Shown in pieces: positions 26,086 to 41,571 of a stretch of DNA of 64,000 nt (position 1 is the first letter of the stretch; the number at the start of each line of letters is the position of its first letter). The position numbers and the translations under genes were made by a program. The notes below the pieces were generated by a model that saw nothing but the letters and a program-made list of their open reading frames with translations, was not told the origin of the DNA and made no database searches. The stretch comes from Phoronis australis (Eukaryota > Animalia > Phoronida): contig NMRA01000089.1 of the NCBI GenBank assembly GCA_002633005.1, positions 186,001 to 250,000 on the forward strand, written 5' to 3'.

Positions 26086-27414
26086 CTCAGTTATAGTAGT
26101 CTACTTTCTCCAGCACCTGTAGTTTAGTTTACTTTCTACTTATTATAGTTAACTTATTTTCACTTTAAGATTTGCTGATTTACCCTTTATACAATACTTG
26201 TATAACCCTGGTCCTTCATGGTGTCAATATTGCCTCTACTGATCTCTGTTTATCATCCATATACCCGTCCACCTATAAATCTTGTCATTTCTCATTAAGA
26301 TATTTTCCAATTTTAACTAGCCTGATACCACCATTCTAAGTTTTAATTGTCCTGTTTCTTGACTCCTCATTAGTTACTTATTGCCATGACAAAGGGTGAC
26401 CATAAACCTGGCTACTGTTCAGCATTGGGCAGAGGAAGTTGGAAGAAATTTAGACAAAACCACCAAACTTATCCTGAAGGTTAACGTGTCAGCTAAGAAC
26501 ATTTAACGAGTCATGGGATATTCACAAATATTTAAGAGATCAACCAACGAGCCTTTTCGTTCAGTGCTAAATACCTTTGAGAATAACAATTGTTAAAATT
26601 GGGGAAATTTGGATGCCGGAGCAGGAAAATTAGACAGAATGTCATGGAAATTTGGACTACCAAATTCTGTATAGGTAAAACTTGTACAAAATATGTAATA
26701 GCAATTTATGATTTCAAAAAACAATAATAGGTATAATTAGCAGCGTTAGCATGCCATAAATAATAAAACTTGAGGAGTCATGTCATGGATACGTTAAAGA
26801 CATAAAGGTATGTACTCTATGACCAATTTGTGTGTAGCCGGCGTAAAGTCACCCCCGTGTTGTGAATTAACCTCTAACACAGAAAGGTCACCATGTGAGC
26901 ATGACAATCTCTCCAAAAAGCACCGAGAAAAGTGTCTCGCATGGTATTCGAATTTTCCTGTAGCAAAAAGTTGGTGGGAACCACATTTTTATCAAATCAT
27001 ACTTTTTGTATGGTTTTCTATACAGAAACGACATAACAATATTTAAGTGTCTAGTAGATTCAAGTACATTTACAAAACAAGGGATCACGTGACCCAAATA
27101 TAACTTGGAAAGATAATGTACCTACTGCAGACTTTCAAACTCACTACACGAAGCAGAGGATGGAGCAAGGCAAAGTGCTGAACATGCATGGTGGTGTGTC
27201 CTTACACGTTACAATTCAAGTGATGTGGCTAATAAAATCCTACTATTGTTCAAGGAAATAAATAATCTAAGTGAAAATGTATCCTTGGTTGTAGTTGACA
27301 TTTATTAAGAGTCTCCTCTGAATATTACCATCTGCGTTTCCTTGAACTATCCCAGGATACATAGCTGTAGGCCACAGGAGGCTTATAAAATCACTTACGT
27401 GACCAACAGAAGAG

Positions 27415-27487
27415 GAGGCAGTGTGGCCTAGTGTGATGGTGCCCGCCTTCTTTACTCGAGGTCGTGGGTTCGAGTCCCACTGGGCCA
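27415..27487 (+). mobile_element. tRNA-derived SINE head / pseudo-tRNA
   Basis: A-box tggcctagtg, B-box ggttcgagtcc and a perfect T-arm gtggg/cccac, but poor acceptor and anticodon stems. A LINE/SINE-like tail at 27757-27843 has an inverted homologue at ~40355-40437. Confidence 0.6.
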
Positions 27488-30400
27488 CAATGCTAGACCC
27501 TGCCTTGACTCACATTTCTAGCTCCTCAGCTCGGTTTTAACTATATATTAATAAAGAACAAAAATAGTTCCAGGTGATCAGTGCAATGGGTCCACATGCG
27601 TGGCCTGCGCATGTCTGGTATGTGTACCAGACCGCCTGCAATTATTTTTTTAAAATATAAGGGGAGGGGGTAATCTTGTTTTGATGTTTTGTACTTTATG
27701 AACTTAAGGTACCCATGCTTAAACTTGCGCATTTTCATGAAAATTAACTACTGAACAAGGGGCCTCTATGAAAAGCAGTGAGAATTGATGGGGCTAGCCT
27801 CATTGTAAATACCACAATTACAAGTAACAAATAAACAAATAAATTTGGCCAACTCTGGAAATTATACAATAAAAGTAATTTCCGTAAGGCAGGTCAGTGC
27901 TAGAATCTTGGCAGATATTTTTCAAATTGTATTTTATATTTCAAGTTGGTTGCTTAGCTACTCGAATAAACATGTCGGTTAGAATGCCAATTTAACTTCG
28001 GTGTTGGCAACAAGCCTTACGGGTTACAACAAATCCTCTGAACATGGGATCTGCGGACTTAGTTTCAAAGATTGTGTGTTGCCAAGGCTACTGTCTGACT
28101 TGGGTTAAGCACCCACCTGTACACTGTAAGCAGCCACCCGCAATTCTTAAAATGTCAGACTTAAACGCCCAACTATGGGGGTTTACGCCCACACACCAAT
28201 TTGCAGACTTGCTAATTTAAGCACCTAGAGCATTGATTAGAATGTTTACCATATCTAGAATGAGTAAGGCACAGTTTTGGAAATATTAAATCAACACATG
28301 GTTTTTCAAAACACGCCACGGAGAACAACGAATGATGGCGATGCCTTTTTCCTAAATGCTCTTTAATTCAAACATGTTGCTGGCCATTCAAATGTGTCGG
28401 AAGTGCTGCCAAACAGGTCACAGTGGTACCTTAAAACAGGTGGTAGAGAATAAAGACTGCATGCAGAGTATATGTGTGAACAATCTTTCATGAATTGACT
28501 AAAATTCCAAATGGAATTACTTTACAGATTCCAACGTAACAACGGACAGTTGAACTCAACTTGAATGCTAGGCGATCACCCAACATGCCAAGGTTATGTT
28601 CTTCTGGTAACCTGAAATGGTTCAGATTTTCATGTGATCTCTAGCATGAATATAATAGGCCAACACAGTACAGTTAGAAATACGTCAATAAAAGAGAAGT
28701 CATCTAAGTAGCAAATCTTGACTATCTTGAGAATGTAGCGGGAAATAGGTTTCACTTTGCAGATAGCACAGTCTTGAAATGATCTATACAAAAACCAAAT
28801 TTCAGACACATTCGCCAAAAGATGCCAAAGATACTGCACAAAAATTGAATCAAGAGCAGTCATCGGAATATCCCAAGGAACTCAAGAATGGCAGGTCCTA
28901 GAGAAAAACAACTGGTCTTAACTTCCAATAGCTTGTGAAATGCTCTAAACACAGAAAAAAATCAGAAACATCCCAGCACTAAATGAAAAATGACCACCAC
29001 AATGTCATAATCCTGTTTCAGATTTTAACCAAAAAATAATAGGTTTTGAACCATACACGAGACTCATGTTGTGTAAAATTTAAATTGATCGAAATGCATC
29101 CTATACAAAGCGAGAAAAGAAACAAACAACAAAACAATTTATGACAAAGCAACAGACTTCGAGATATTTCACTTAACCAAGTAATAATTACGTAAAGTTG
29201 CTATGTACTAAGGATATTCACACAATTGGTGAAAATACTGAAAATAAAAATTCAATGGGAAAAACAAAGACTTTGCCTCAGTCGGTAGCGAAAGCCAGTG
29301 GCTGTTTTACCAAAATATCATCCACTATTGCCAGTGGTGCAGTGATAAGCAAATGTTTATCAAGCGGAAACATAAAATCATGAACTTTGTGCACAATTGA
29401 AATTCAGTAAATAGAATTTCAATTTTCCATTGGTATCTCCGGTGACTTGGGCAGACCTTAGCTTGAACAGTGCGCGACGGCCTCGTTCTTAGAATACAAC
29501 TGCTGGTGAAATCACTCCAGGAGCAATACAAGATGTATAACCAATAGTATAGTTAAACTGTTAATGACATTAAAAGTATACACAAAAAATTTAATTATGA
29601 CACCAAATGTCATTTGTATAAGCTACTATGAACCCAGCCTAGCACCAGCAGAGCACATGACTCCCCACTTAGTTTCCCGCAGGCCTTGAATAGCCAATTA
29701 AAATTTGTGAGACCAAGATATCAAAAAAATTATACCAACATGATCCTGACACTAGAATAGTTATACATTGCAGACTTTCAGCTCATGAACTACAGTTTAC
29801 TACACTACACCCTGTTGAACACCACCTATTGGTCAATTAGCATTTTTGATTAATTAATCATGGTCTTTCAATCTTAAGTAACGGTGAATATTGACAGTAA
29901 ATTATTTCACATCAACATGTTTTGTCCAATAATTGAAATTTGAAATCAATAGAAAAATATCAAAGCACTCATTACGCAGGTGGAGGTCACCCAATCTCAT
30001 CACCAGTGAATATTATGTCTTCCAATACAGCCAAATTACACCATACAGCCAGGTTCTTACAAACAAAGCAGAGAGCAGATACTCTTAATTATACGTAATT
30101 GTAGATAATGTAGTTCAATGACACACCTGTAACCATAGTGATGAAAGTAACAATGAATAGATTGACCCAATGTCATGGAGGCGTAACAACTAAAAATGGG
30201 AGACCTCTAGAGAAAGAACGTAGATAAACAATTCTGGCAAGACGGCTCACCATAACCAAATCTTTCAAGCACTCAGGAAACAAAAGTAATTGTTAACAAC
30301 CACATCATTGCTGCAGTTTTGATAATTAACCCTGTGATTTCACGCAAACTAGAATTTTGATTCATTAGACAAGCATTAAATTAAAACCTTGAGTGAGACA

Positions 30401-33400
30401 GCATTGGAAGAACTATGATATTGACAAGTTGAGTGTAACAAAGTTATACAGCAATAGGACTGGTCCTGTTAACTTGTAACAATGTGTGTGAAAGGTGAGC
30501 CAAGGCAACCTGCTATTTGGAGCCCGCATACCGACATGGATAATATTGAAAACTTTAACAAGTTCTTGGTGTATGTACACTTACTAAGAATCTATGGTAA
30601 TTCAAATATTTCGCAACTAATCGCCAAAATTTATAATTTTTCCATTTTTCAGAGGGTGATTTCTTTATTCAGAAAATAATGGAAAATTTACCAAGACTTT
30701 CTTTATGGCATCTCAACACTGCGTACACCATGCAAGTGACAGATTAAACTTTTATAACCTTTAGTTTTTTATTTTAATAACACGGAATTTCACTTGTCGG
30801 CCAAATTTTCTGGTAAAAACAAGACTTACCACAAGTTACAATATAAGAAAATGCAGAAATTGCAGATTTTGAAGACTATTTAGAGTTCTCAAACTAAATC
30901 CAAAGTGTGATTGTTAATACGACAATCTTACAGAAATGTAGTTTTTATGACAAAAGGTTAAAAATGAAAAATGCATGCAAGCAGCCAAGTCGCAACGATA
31001 TTTGAGAAATTTTAACAAAGCAGCTAAGCTTCACAAAAATACCTTTATTTAAAAAACACTTTTGAATGGCCATCTTTCCAATGCATCATGTTATTTATTA
31101 TATCAGGGAACCAAAACAGTTCCAAGATTCAAAGTGTTGTACCCTCAACAATTTGATTGCGTTTTTGAAATTTTGCATGAATAAAATATGGTGGACACTC
31201 TACAATTTTTTAGTGAATTTTGTCATTCTGAATAAGAAAATAGATACCAGTGACTAGTGAAAGTGCCATCAAAGGCGCTCTCTCTGGAACAAGGACTGAA
31301 AAGTCTCTACAGGGCTATTTCAGGATTGTTTGGTATGAGAAATGTAAAATATTGTTTTCCTAAATCTGGTCCATTAAAATATTTCCAGTTTGTAATTTAT
31401 TGTCAAATTGGCACACTGCCAGACTTAAGCCAAAGTGGTCATTAAATGAAACCTATAAGGACTTCAAGTCAAAAAACAGGTAGAAGAAACATATCTCTCC
31501 AGAACCACCGACTTAAAATTTCTTATAATCTCGAGTCCAGTCACTCACTTAGTCCATGAGTTTCCCTTTTCCACTGATCAAAATTGTACAAAACAGTGGA
31601 GTAATTGTGACATTGATGAGAAAGCAACATTATAGTAACCTGAAGCACTCAGAGTTAATGTAGTCAGAAATAATTGCAACTGTGCTTGGAAATGCCCAGC
31701 CTCAAGATAGTACTGCGTCACGGAGAAAACTTGCAGGAAATAAAAGCGTTCTCCTCAACACGGAGCTGCTTAGTACGTGAGTAAATCCTTTCATAAACTA
31801 TAAGCCCAGTCAATCTTGGAATCCCACTCAGCACCTATCAAGTGAACATGCATCCCTCATACTTGTCAGCCTACTTCAAGACCCCACTGAGCGTTTGAGG
31901 GAAGTGGACACTATCGCAAAAACAACCTCAATCACAACCGAGTATTGTCATTTATGTTTTCTTCACCAGAGACTGAAGTGATCCGATTGTCTAAGAAGGG
32001 ACATGCTGGCCTTAAGGGTGAAACGCAGCAGCTTGTGGCCATGAGCGTGAGGATCGAGTGGATCTCGAGTTCAGACCTATTGCCTATCTCAATTATTTAG
32101 GATACTTAATAATCAGACATGATTTCGTCTGTTTCGTTACCTTCGTCGATAAGGTTGTGGATGGAAGATTTGAATTCATAAACGGCCTTTCCAGCTTGAT
32201 GGAGAGGGTACTCATGCTGGAGAAGCTTTATTCCGATTATGGAGGCTGTAGTTTGGGTATTCGGTTGAACAGAATGACTTAACTGGCCTAATTCTATGCA
32301 TCGAATTTTGAGGCAACTCCTACGTTAACATTATCATTGCTGTATTGTTACCCACAATGCCTAAGCGTGGTTAAGCCAGATTGTGACTAACCGATACTAA
32401 TCAATTCACAAATTAACGCCAGAAAAGCCGTGCTGTTGAAGAAATCCTATTTGCTTATTTCTCTTATAGCGCATCATTTTAAAAGTTCAAAGACGATCAA
32501 TATTTACTTTTCAATTTTAAAAACAGCCATGTTGGTCGTTTGCCTTTACTTAGTGTTCATTTTTTGACTTTCAAACTGACACTTACAACCGCAATTATCT
32601 CATCCAATACACATTCGTCCAAGCCAATGAATAGCGACTAGCTCAGTTCAATCAATCTGTGATGGTGCCATCAAACCTTTGATGTGCCGAGGTCAGTTTG
32701 GTGGATACTCTGGAGTAAACAGTGCATGCTTTCTCGTCCATTTGAATACAAATCCTGTTACCGCAAAGTTAATACCTAACTGGATCTTGAAGCATTTTTG
32801 GTACACCTATTATAGATGCATGTATTTTGCATTGAATTTTATTAATGCCAAGTTCAGCCTGGTTACAGTGATCTCTCATAGTGCTTGCTAGTACACCACT
32901 CTGACAAACATTTTGTGGAACAGGTGATGTTGTGATAATTAAAAAATACTACTCAACTTTAGTGTAGCTGCAGCCGGATTTTCCACTGAGAACACAGTAC
33001 TATGTACCCACGCAGTGAGAGGCTCAACCACTCAAAACATCACTTAGGTTTACACAGTGTTTGTCCTAGAGAAGTACCAGATGTGACCACCATTTACAAC
33101 CCACCATTAGTAATATATTGAGCATGTAAAAGTTAAAATCATGTTATAAAGCCTGACACTATTGATTACATTCCTCAGTAGTTCAACGCCATTCCATATC
33201 ACTGATGATTTATTGAATACATATTCACTCACATCAGAAACAATCTGAATAGTTAGTCTGAATGGCAAACACAATTGTTGTTGTCATCTAAACCTGTGTG
33301 ACAAAAACAATTTGTACACAAGAAGGAACATAGCAGAAAATGTTTAGGTGACTGTGCCATTAAAAATGTGATACATATCTGTTAATTAATAGTCAGTGAG

Positions 33401-33736
33401 GAACAAATCTCCAGAGTAACGTAGGTGTAACACAAGGAAATGGAGTTAAACCGTATGGAACATGCATCCGTGAATGTAGATTACATAGAAGGCATCGACA
33501 TTCTGAAGGCGCTAGTTAGTTTCATACGGCTTCCAGGACACCGCAGACTAACTTAGAATACATTCAGCAACTGATCGAAATGTGGAATTAAAATGATTTA
33601 GATTGTTAACAATGATTATGGCATGCAGCTCAAGATGTGAACATGAAGGCTGAGAGTCTGAAAGACAAAACATGCTGAACCACCAGAAATATGAGAGGAA
33701 AATAGTGAAGCACCCAGTGATTGAATGTAACTTTAA

Positions 33737-34565
33737 AGGGATAATTACTCCTCAATGTGTTGATCAGATGATGGTGGCTCCACACTGTGCAGCTTTCCTA
33801 AGTTGTAACTTTATGGATTGAAGACACCAAAGAAGCACTACCATGCCAAGCTGGGTTAGCCAGTACAGGACACTGAAGCTGATAGTCTATTCAGGCTGTG
33901 ACACCATTTCCAACTTCCATCAAATAGAAACCCAAGTCATTTGGCGAATCCTTAAATTTGACCTTTTTGTTCCCTTCTTGATTTTTCTGAAGGTAAACTA
34001 AATCCAACAGATTTCATGCGCATACCCAGAGAGGGCTCGAGAGACTCGAACGAGCCCCACAATTTGGTGAAGAGGGCAAAAAGATCAAAGAAACAAAAAC
34101 TCCAAGAAAGTAGAAAATGAAACAAAAGTCCACTGAAAAGGCAGGTACTACCAAAATTTAACGAATGCACAATTCATAGCTCTGAACGTTCCTCGTGAAT
34201 CTTAGTAAAAGGTCCAGATTCTCAAAAATTCGAGCCCCCATTTTTCAGGCAGGGTGCGTGCATGGATTTAATACTAAATACTGCACATGCAGTCACCAAC
34301 TTCATGCCAAAGTAAATTCCAAAGTCACTCCTTTTTCATTTTTCAAGGTTTCTAACATTGTTGTGACTGCCACACATTTTTTAAAACATTGTCTATTGGC
34401 AGCTATGGAACAGACCTTCTGGCACGAAAATCAATACTTTCAAATGGCGCTACAATTACCTTTTCACAGATAAAATAAAATTTCTCCTCCCAGTTATATT
34501 GTAATCTAAATTGGGAAGGTTTACCAAGGTTTGAGAAATGTGAAAAAATAAGTAAAACTATCCCT
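33737..34565. mobile_element. Kolobok-like non-autonomous element
   Basis: Layout ttaa|agggataatt ... actatccct|ttaa: short TIRs starting AGG with TTAA on both sides. Confidence 0.55.
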
Positions 34566-37169
34566 TTAAAGATACTAATTCAGCAACATTTTGGTTGAAC
34601 ACTTCTCAAAAGATGGACTTTAATGTAAACTACTTTCTACGTCAAAATGAATTCCCACTTGATTCTCTTTCAGTATGGCCAGTGCTTTTTTCAAAGTAAT
34701 CAAAATTTAGTAATTTCTGAGTTTAATTTTTGCATTTCTGTTGGAGCAATGAACACTAAACTGGCCACCACAGTTTAATAACACAGAATGTCCTCTTTTA
34801 TGAAATTAGAAAAAGTAATAGTAAAAATGCAAATTCAGGGCCACTAATTACTGTTACCATTTTCAACACGTCTCTCCATAATTATGAGCTCCTTTAAAAT
34901 AATTCTGTACTATCAAGTATCAGTACAGCACTTTGAACTAGACAACATTTAATTTCATTGGAAGTTCCAACGAACTAAACCATAACTAAATATTGATTTC
35001 TCTGCGACTAAAACCCATCTGAAATCGGTTAAAATTTTGACAAAATATTAATGTTTGGTGTTGCTCCACCCTCTTAGAAATTGCGAGAACTTGCTTTACA
35101 AGTTGGTCCGTTCACAAGTACTAACAATTAGCAGCTAAGCACAACAATGTCACATTAAACTCTGCCTAAATTTGACAAAAATGTTACTTTACAACAATAA
35201 AAGTTCAATTCAACAACAAACTTCGTTCATTAGTCTGGCAGAGATTGACAGAGTACTGGTAAAGCTGTGAGCTGTGACATTGGTCAGTACAACACATTCC
35301 ATAAATCAGGAGAATAGAGGACAAATAATTAATGAGACATCGATTAAGTATTTATACAAATGAGAAAGTCAACAAAAGACTAAGCTCTATCAACAATTGT
35401 GTTCAATAAATATATGAATAGTTAAACAGTCAATGCTTCGTAATTAGACGGTTAATGTATGATTACAGAAACTTGAATCATTCTTGGTCAGAACTGTGAC
35501 CAGAAAACTTGACTGAAAAGCAATTTGTAAATCATCCAAGACTTCAGTCTCATGTTCAGTCACAAAGTAGGACTCTGGAATACACTAACTTTCAAAATTA
35601 TTTATAAGATTGTTAATTTTCGTGAAAGTAAAGACACACTGAATGGCGCGCGCAATTTCCAATAATGCAGGTTAAGATACCTGTAGAATTAGGAACTCAA
35701 CTACAGGTATATAAACATGAAAGCTCATCACTGTATTTTTCACTTTAAACCTGTATTTCTTCCGGTAAATCAAAAAAGCCTTTAACTCTCATAAGACAAG
35801 ATGCAGACTCACAATTTACATGCTCCATGGCCAGCCCCAAAGTGCACATTCGAAATTGGCACATATAGCACGCTTGAACTGATAACGGAAATAGAATCCT
35901 ATCACAGTAAGTAATACCATGAGACTGTTATAGGAGAGTGAAAAGCCCAATTCAATTTTAGTTGTTGATGCAAAATATTTTACTAAAACTCAGCCAAGAG
36001 GACTTGACCAAAGAAATATATATAAGACTGAAAAGACAATTAACAAAAATTCCTACCTTAGCAGATGCGAAGCTCCTTCAATTATTGCAACATCCGAATA
36101 CTGACACTGGTGACTCTGAGCTGAAGCTGAGCGTCACTTGAGAAAAGTATTGATTTTCCAGTACTCGTCTGTGGAACGCCTGAGCCAAGAATCCTTGTCA
36201 TTTAATGACGATAATGAAAAAACGAGAACGTCCACTTGGGTAGAAATGATACGTCATTCACTTAACATTGTCAACTTGTATTTGACTATGAATAGCGCAG
36301 AACTAACAGAAGATATAACAGTGGTTAAATAAATAACAAGTCTTACAATTGCTATTGATTTTCACCAGCCCGTAAATCAGTAGTACACATCTTGTTCAAA
36401 CAAACAGTGCGTACCTTCAAACAGTTTGTTTAGTTGTTTAATCATTTTTGACTTGACTCTGAAATGAATCCTGTGATTCTCAGTAAAACCACGTGTTACC
36501 ATAATTTTCAAAGTCACAATATGAAGTGAACAGAGCCAAAATGACTGCACAGCTTTTTGAACCCCAAAAGGGTTGGGGTTGAGCTGAAGACGGAAAACAA
36601 ATACTAACTATTTACGAGTATCCGCCTACATATTGTTGTATTTCAAAAATTGATCAAAGACGTGAACTCGAAGGTCAACCAAGGCCTGGCCAGACCAAGT
36701 TAAAAATACTTCCCTTAAATGTACAGTAGACTCTTTAATATGAATGGTTGCAATACAGAATATTACACAGGATTTTGGCTACCACTTTGTTCTTGTTTAA
36801 GACTGTCAAAATTGTGCCTTCTGAATGCAATACAACTGGAAATTTGCTGTCTCATATTAGTGCTTGGTTGTTGGCTAAGAGGGGTTTAAATTAATTATAA
36901 ACAGAAAGATGATGACTCTCAGACTGCTGCTAGAAAAATGAAGACGTAATCTGCATATTGTTGCTGTAAAAAATATTTACAGCTGTAGAATCAGAAAGTG
37001 TCCGTTGAAGATTTTGCAATCATAAAACAAGACTTGAGTATTCAGTAAATTACGCACTTCTGAAAAATAGTAAGTTTGTAGAATACACTGAACACTTATG
37101 GAAACTCCTGGCTAACAACTAAACTATTGACATAATGCAATTAAATGTAATTAAAAATCTCTGATATAC

Positions 37170-37198
37170 ATGTGTGTGTGTGCGTGTGCGTGCGTGTG
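37170..37198. repeat. (TG)n/(TGCG)n microsatellite
   Basis: tgtgtgtgtgtgcgtgtgcgtgcgtgtg. Confidence 0.9.
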
Positions 37199-38029
37199 AT
37201 TGTGCATCCTCGTCATATTAATTGTATTATGTAACCATAAGTACAAATAAATATTTTTAAAAAAGTTAATTGGGGCACAGCATAAGTTAGTTGAACCTTT
37301 CATACCAGAAAAAAGGACACTGTAGCAGTTGCTTGTTCAAGTTATCACGAGACAGCGCTGCAAAATTATAATGCACACGGAATGCTTTCAAACATGAACA
37401 AACGTACATACATATAAATATGTTGGGAGTGCATATAAGAAAATGGTTAAAATGTTAAACATCTGAAGAAGTAATAAAATAACCAAAAAATGTCATAATC
37501 GTGCAAGTATTGATAAAAACAGCTGCTGATAACTCCAGTGATACTGAAGGTTACCTTTCACACCAAAACAAAATATTCACTCTCTGGTGTTACTGCAAAG
37601 TTAAGAAACAGAAGTGAGAGATTGTCTACCCTGCCTTGTCAGTCAAGCATGCTTTGTGGGCTTTTATCTGGCCACACAGCTAATAGGCAGCCAACAGGCC
37701 TGGTACATAAGACAATAGTGGCCAGTGTCTTTTGTAGTTCTTCTACCAGATGATCAAAAGGCGTGGGAGTTGGACAGATAAATGCCATGTAACTAGGGCA
37801 TATTTAACACAACAGAAACCTGATTATATATATTCCACATTAGATAATATAAATCACTTTACTCAATTAGCAGGGATTAGTTTTGAGTATATTAATATGT
37901 GTTTAGTGACCTAAGAACCAATCGACAACTACTGTAATGGGACTGGATTGACAGATCAATATATCTCGTATTAGGAGACTACACTAATTCATCACCAGCA
38001 TACGAAATAGAAGTAGTCTTGTCCGGGTT

Positions 38030-38672
38030 CACAATGCTGCACTTTCATCTCACAATGCTGAATTTTCATCTCAAATTGCTGCACTTTCATCTCAAAATGC
38101 TGAACTTTCATATAACAGCGCTGAATATTTTCATCTAACAGTGCTCTGCTTTCATCTCACAATGCTGAACTTTCATATAACAGCGCTGAATATTTTCATC
38201 TAACAGTGCTCTGCTTTCATCTCACAATGCTGAACTTTCATATAACAGCGCTGAATATTTTCATCTAACAGTGCTCTGCTTTCATCTCACAATGCTGAAC
38301 TTTCATATAACAGCGCTGAATATTTTCATCTAACAGTGCTCTGCTTTCATCTCACAATGCTGAACTTTCATATAACAGCGCTGAATATTTTCATCTAACA
38401 GTGCTCTGCTTTCATCTCACAATGCTGAACTTTCATATAACAGCGCTGAATATTTTCATCTAACAATGCTCTGCTTTCATCTCACAATGCTGAACTTTCA
38501 TATAACAGCGCTGAATATTTTCATCTAACAGTGCTCTGCTTTCATCTCACAATGCTGAACTTTCATATAACAGCGCTGAATATTTTCATCTAACAGTGCT
38601 CTGCTTTCATCTCACAATGCTGAACTTTCATCTGACAATGAGCACTTTCATCCGACAATGCAGCACTTTCAG
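38030..38672. repeat. minisatellite with 65-bp higher-order unit built from three 21-23-bp monomers (~8 HOR copies)
   Basis: Unit tttcatctcacaatgctgaac + tttcatataacagcgctgaatat + tttcatctaacagtgctctgc. Single 21-bp monomers lie at both flanks. Confidence 0.95.
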
Positions 38673-40869
38673 CCTAGTCACAGTGGCTTCTGTTTTTGCA
38701 AATGCATTTTACTAATTTCTTTATTTCAATGAACCTGGTTAATTTTGCTGTCACACACATTTAGTCACAAAATGTAGGAAGTTAAACAGGTGTATTCATA
38801 AATGCACGATCCATGCTCTTAAGACTGAACAAATTTAAATATACATAAAATTTTATCAATACAACACCACTGTCACTCCTAGATGTCTCGACAGATCACT
38901 ATGGTAACCTGCAGTGGATGGCCCTATGGTGATTCTACAATAATAAAGGTGGTGTTACTAATGTACCATAGGCTTAAACAAAATATCAAAAGAATATTTT
39001 TTGCCTGAAATAATGATATTCACTGCGCAACATCAAGTTGTGCAAGATCAAATGAAGTTTTCATTACATGTATTAACGCAGTTTAGTCTTTGAAAAATAG
39101 AAAAAAAACACTTTGACAATTATTTTTGTACAGAAGCTAGTGAAGAATTACGGTACTACGGTTTCTTGCTAGTTTTGCCATGCTTAGCGAAATTTCTATG
39201 ACCATATTTTTATGGTGGGTATAAACAATGACAATTGGAATGGCAGAAGTGCCCTTGTCTCAGGTAGGGGTTTTTACCATTTGGAGTCTTGGAAACCCTT
39301 TTCCTAGTTCTTACAGGTATTGTTGGTCTCGATTTGCGGCGGCACCTTACCTCTATAACTTAATCAACCAACCCCCCTCCCCCGGAAATATACGGGTTGA
39401 ACGTCAAAGTAAAGTACTTTTAATTATCCACAGGACACTGCAATTTGCTTTGTTATGCTTACAAGACATGTAACATTAACATCACCACAATGCTATCTGT
39501 TATTTTCTTTCATCAATCATTGTTCCGATCAACTTTTTTCATCTTGCAGCGTCAGAAACTTTGCACTTGTTGTCAATGTCTGGCATATGTATCGGAATGA
39601 TCGTTATTTATAAATAAAAATCATTGGTAATGTTTTTAGCTTGTTCCCTTATTGACAATCAATGGCTGGATTAGATCTAGACACTGGCAATCAAAAGGGA
39701 CTTTTGCTTAATTAGATTAACATAAAAACCAGAGTGTCATAGTCTCCATATGGCTTTATGACAACAGACCATGGGGATTGATTGCTTTTTGTCAACACCA
39801 TGCGGTATTTGGCCTGGCATTTATCAGCTGCAATGAACTAAACCAACACACTGGTCTCTGCTCTCAAGAACAACAGGACACATTTCTTTAAAAGGTTTCC
39901 AAATAAAGAAACAATCAAGAAATAAAGAGACTTTTTAAAAATTTTTGTGCACAATAAAACAATGATCAAATTTTTGACTTGGGCATTAAAACCAATGTAA
40001 TGAGTCGCAGATGGCATACTAGGAGATATAGTTCAGTAAGCTACTAAAACCAGGGGGTGTGATTTGATGATTAATACCCCCTTCCAACACTCCTACCACT
40101 AGTTGGTGGTCAATTATAGTAAAATTTCTTACGGTAAATCTCATCGATTTCAGACAGAAATAATTGCCAAAACTACACTTTTTCACTTTCGAAGGCTTCT
40201 AACATTGTTGGGTTTACCGGCACTCAGAAGTTTTCAGAATATTGTCTGCTGGTTGCTGTGGTGATACAGAGTTTGAATGTCGGAAAAACGTCCATTTGGT
40301 GCTACATAACTTTTATGGAAAAAAGAGAAAATGAAATTTCCCTTGATTATCCTATTTATTTATTTACTTCTTTATTAATGTATTATTTACAATGAGGGTC
40401 GCCCCATCGGTTAACACTGCTTTCCATGGGGACCCTGTTGTGTCCAACTGATGCACCTGGTGGTCAATTACCCTGTAGTCAGTTACCTGGTGGTGACAGC
40501 TAGCTTGCACATTTTAACAATAATACAATCTGATATCAATATTTCCCTATCGATAGGATATTTAAATGGTACACTTATCAAAACTTCAAAGAATGCATGA
40601 AAATAAATTAGTACAAAAATTAGCCTCATCTGTTCGCGTAATTGGGTAATTTGTCAAAGTGAGTCATACTTTAACTTAACTCGTTGCCAAAAATCCTCAA
40701 AAGTATTTTGCTAATTTCAGCTACACGTACATTTGTCTTTAACTATAAGCAAAATCATTTCAAGCGTCTTTCATCCTCCTCATCATGCCCATCCCGTTGT
40801 CATTAATTTGTCCAACTCTCTGCATCATTACCAATTCTCCTCCCCCAGTTGTCACCAAAGTAAGTTATG

Positions 40870-40938
40870 CGACATTGGAAACAAAACCATACTGGTCTTC
40901 AAACGACATTGGAAACAAAACCATACTGGACTTCAAAC
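40870..40938. repeat. 34-bp direct duplication
   Basis: cgacattggaaacaaaaccatactggWcttcaaa, two copies. Confidence 0.9.
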
Positions 40939-41571
40939 GTCAGTAGGTGGCCCTTTAACTGCATACCTCAACTGCAGGTGGGGGAAAGCTTTCACACTGA
41001 ACTTCCTGCATGGCTACCAGAATGTTTTTTTTCACTGGAGCCTCTAAATGCAAAGCAGATAAGACTGAATGATAGATGCAAACCTGAATCATGGATTCAA
41101 GACATTACTCGCTTCAAATTTCAAGGAAGCAATTGAGTAAGTCCCTAGACATCCAGACTTCACAAGATTGTATGGAGTTGAGAAAGCCAGAGTTGACAGA
41201 CAATAAATAACAGTTGAGCTCAACCAAGTAAACATAGTGACTAAGAGTAACAGTTTGTCCAATGCGGCTGTACTAAGCAATACAGTACAACAAAAGGGAA
41301 CAATGGCAGAGCTACTGGTCTTAAAAATGTGTTGAGGTTTCATTATTAATTTCATGTAGACTTGGAGATAATATTGCAAAGCTTAAACATGGTTCTTTAC
41401 TCTGTATCCAAGTTACCATTTAAAAGATACTGCAACTGTGTTTAGGCCATGGCATAACAATGCACAAGAATGATGTCATATTTATAGAGATATTATAAAC
41501 AATTTGTCAATAATCCCAAAATTTGCAATTTCAAACTAAATTGCCCATGTGCATGCCATTCCAACCCTTGA

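Noticed and set aside
25717-26127. 136-aa hydrophobic ORF resembling a membrane protein
   Set aside because: Translation of a degenerate TG-rich 21-bp tandem repeat.
27415-27487. Functional tRNA genes (also 60892-60965 and 55221-55285)
   Set aside because: A and B boxes are present, but the acceptor and anticodon stems do not pair. Treated as SINE or pseudo-tRNA heads.
32058-32282. Short open frames on both strands and a minus-strand donor AAG|GTAACG near 32140
   Set aside because: No recognisable homology. It could be a TE remnant or UTR exon but cannot be supported from sequence alone.
38030-38672. Regular repeat arrays (also 13123, 23606, 61100) as possible CRISPR arrays
   Set aside because: Head-to-tail units without unique spacers, no cas genes, and a eukaryotic context.
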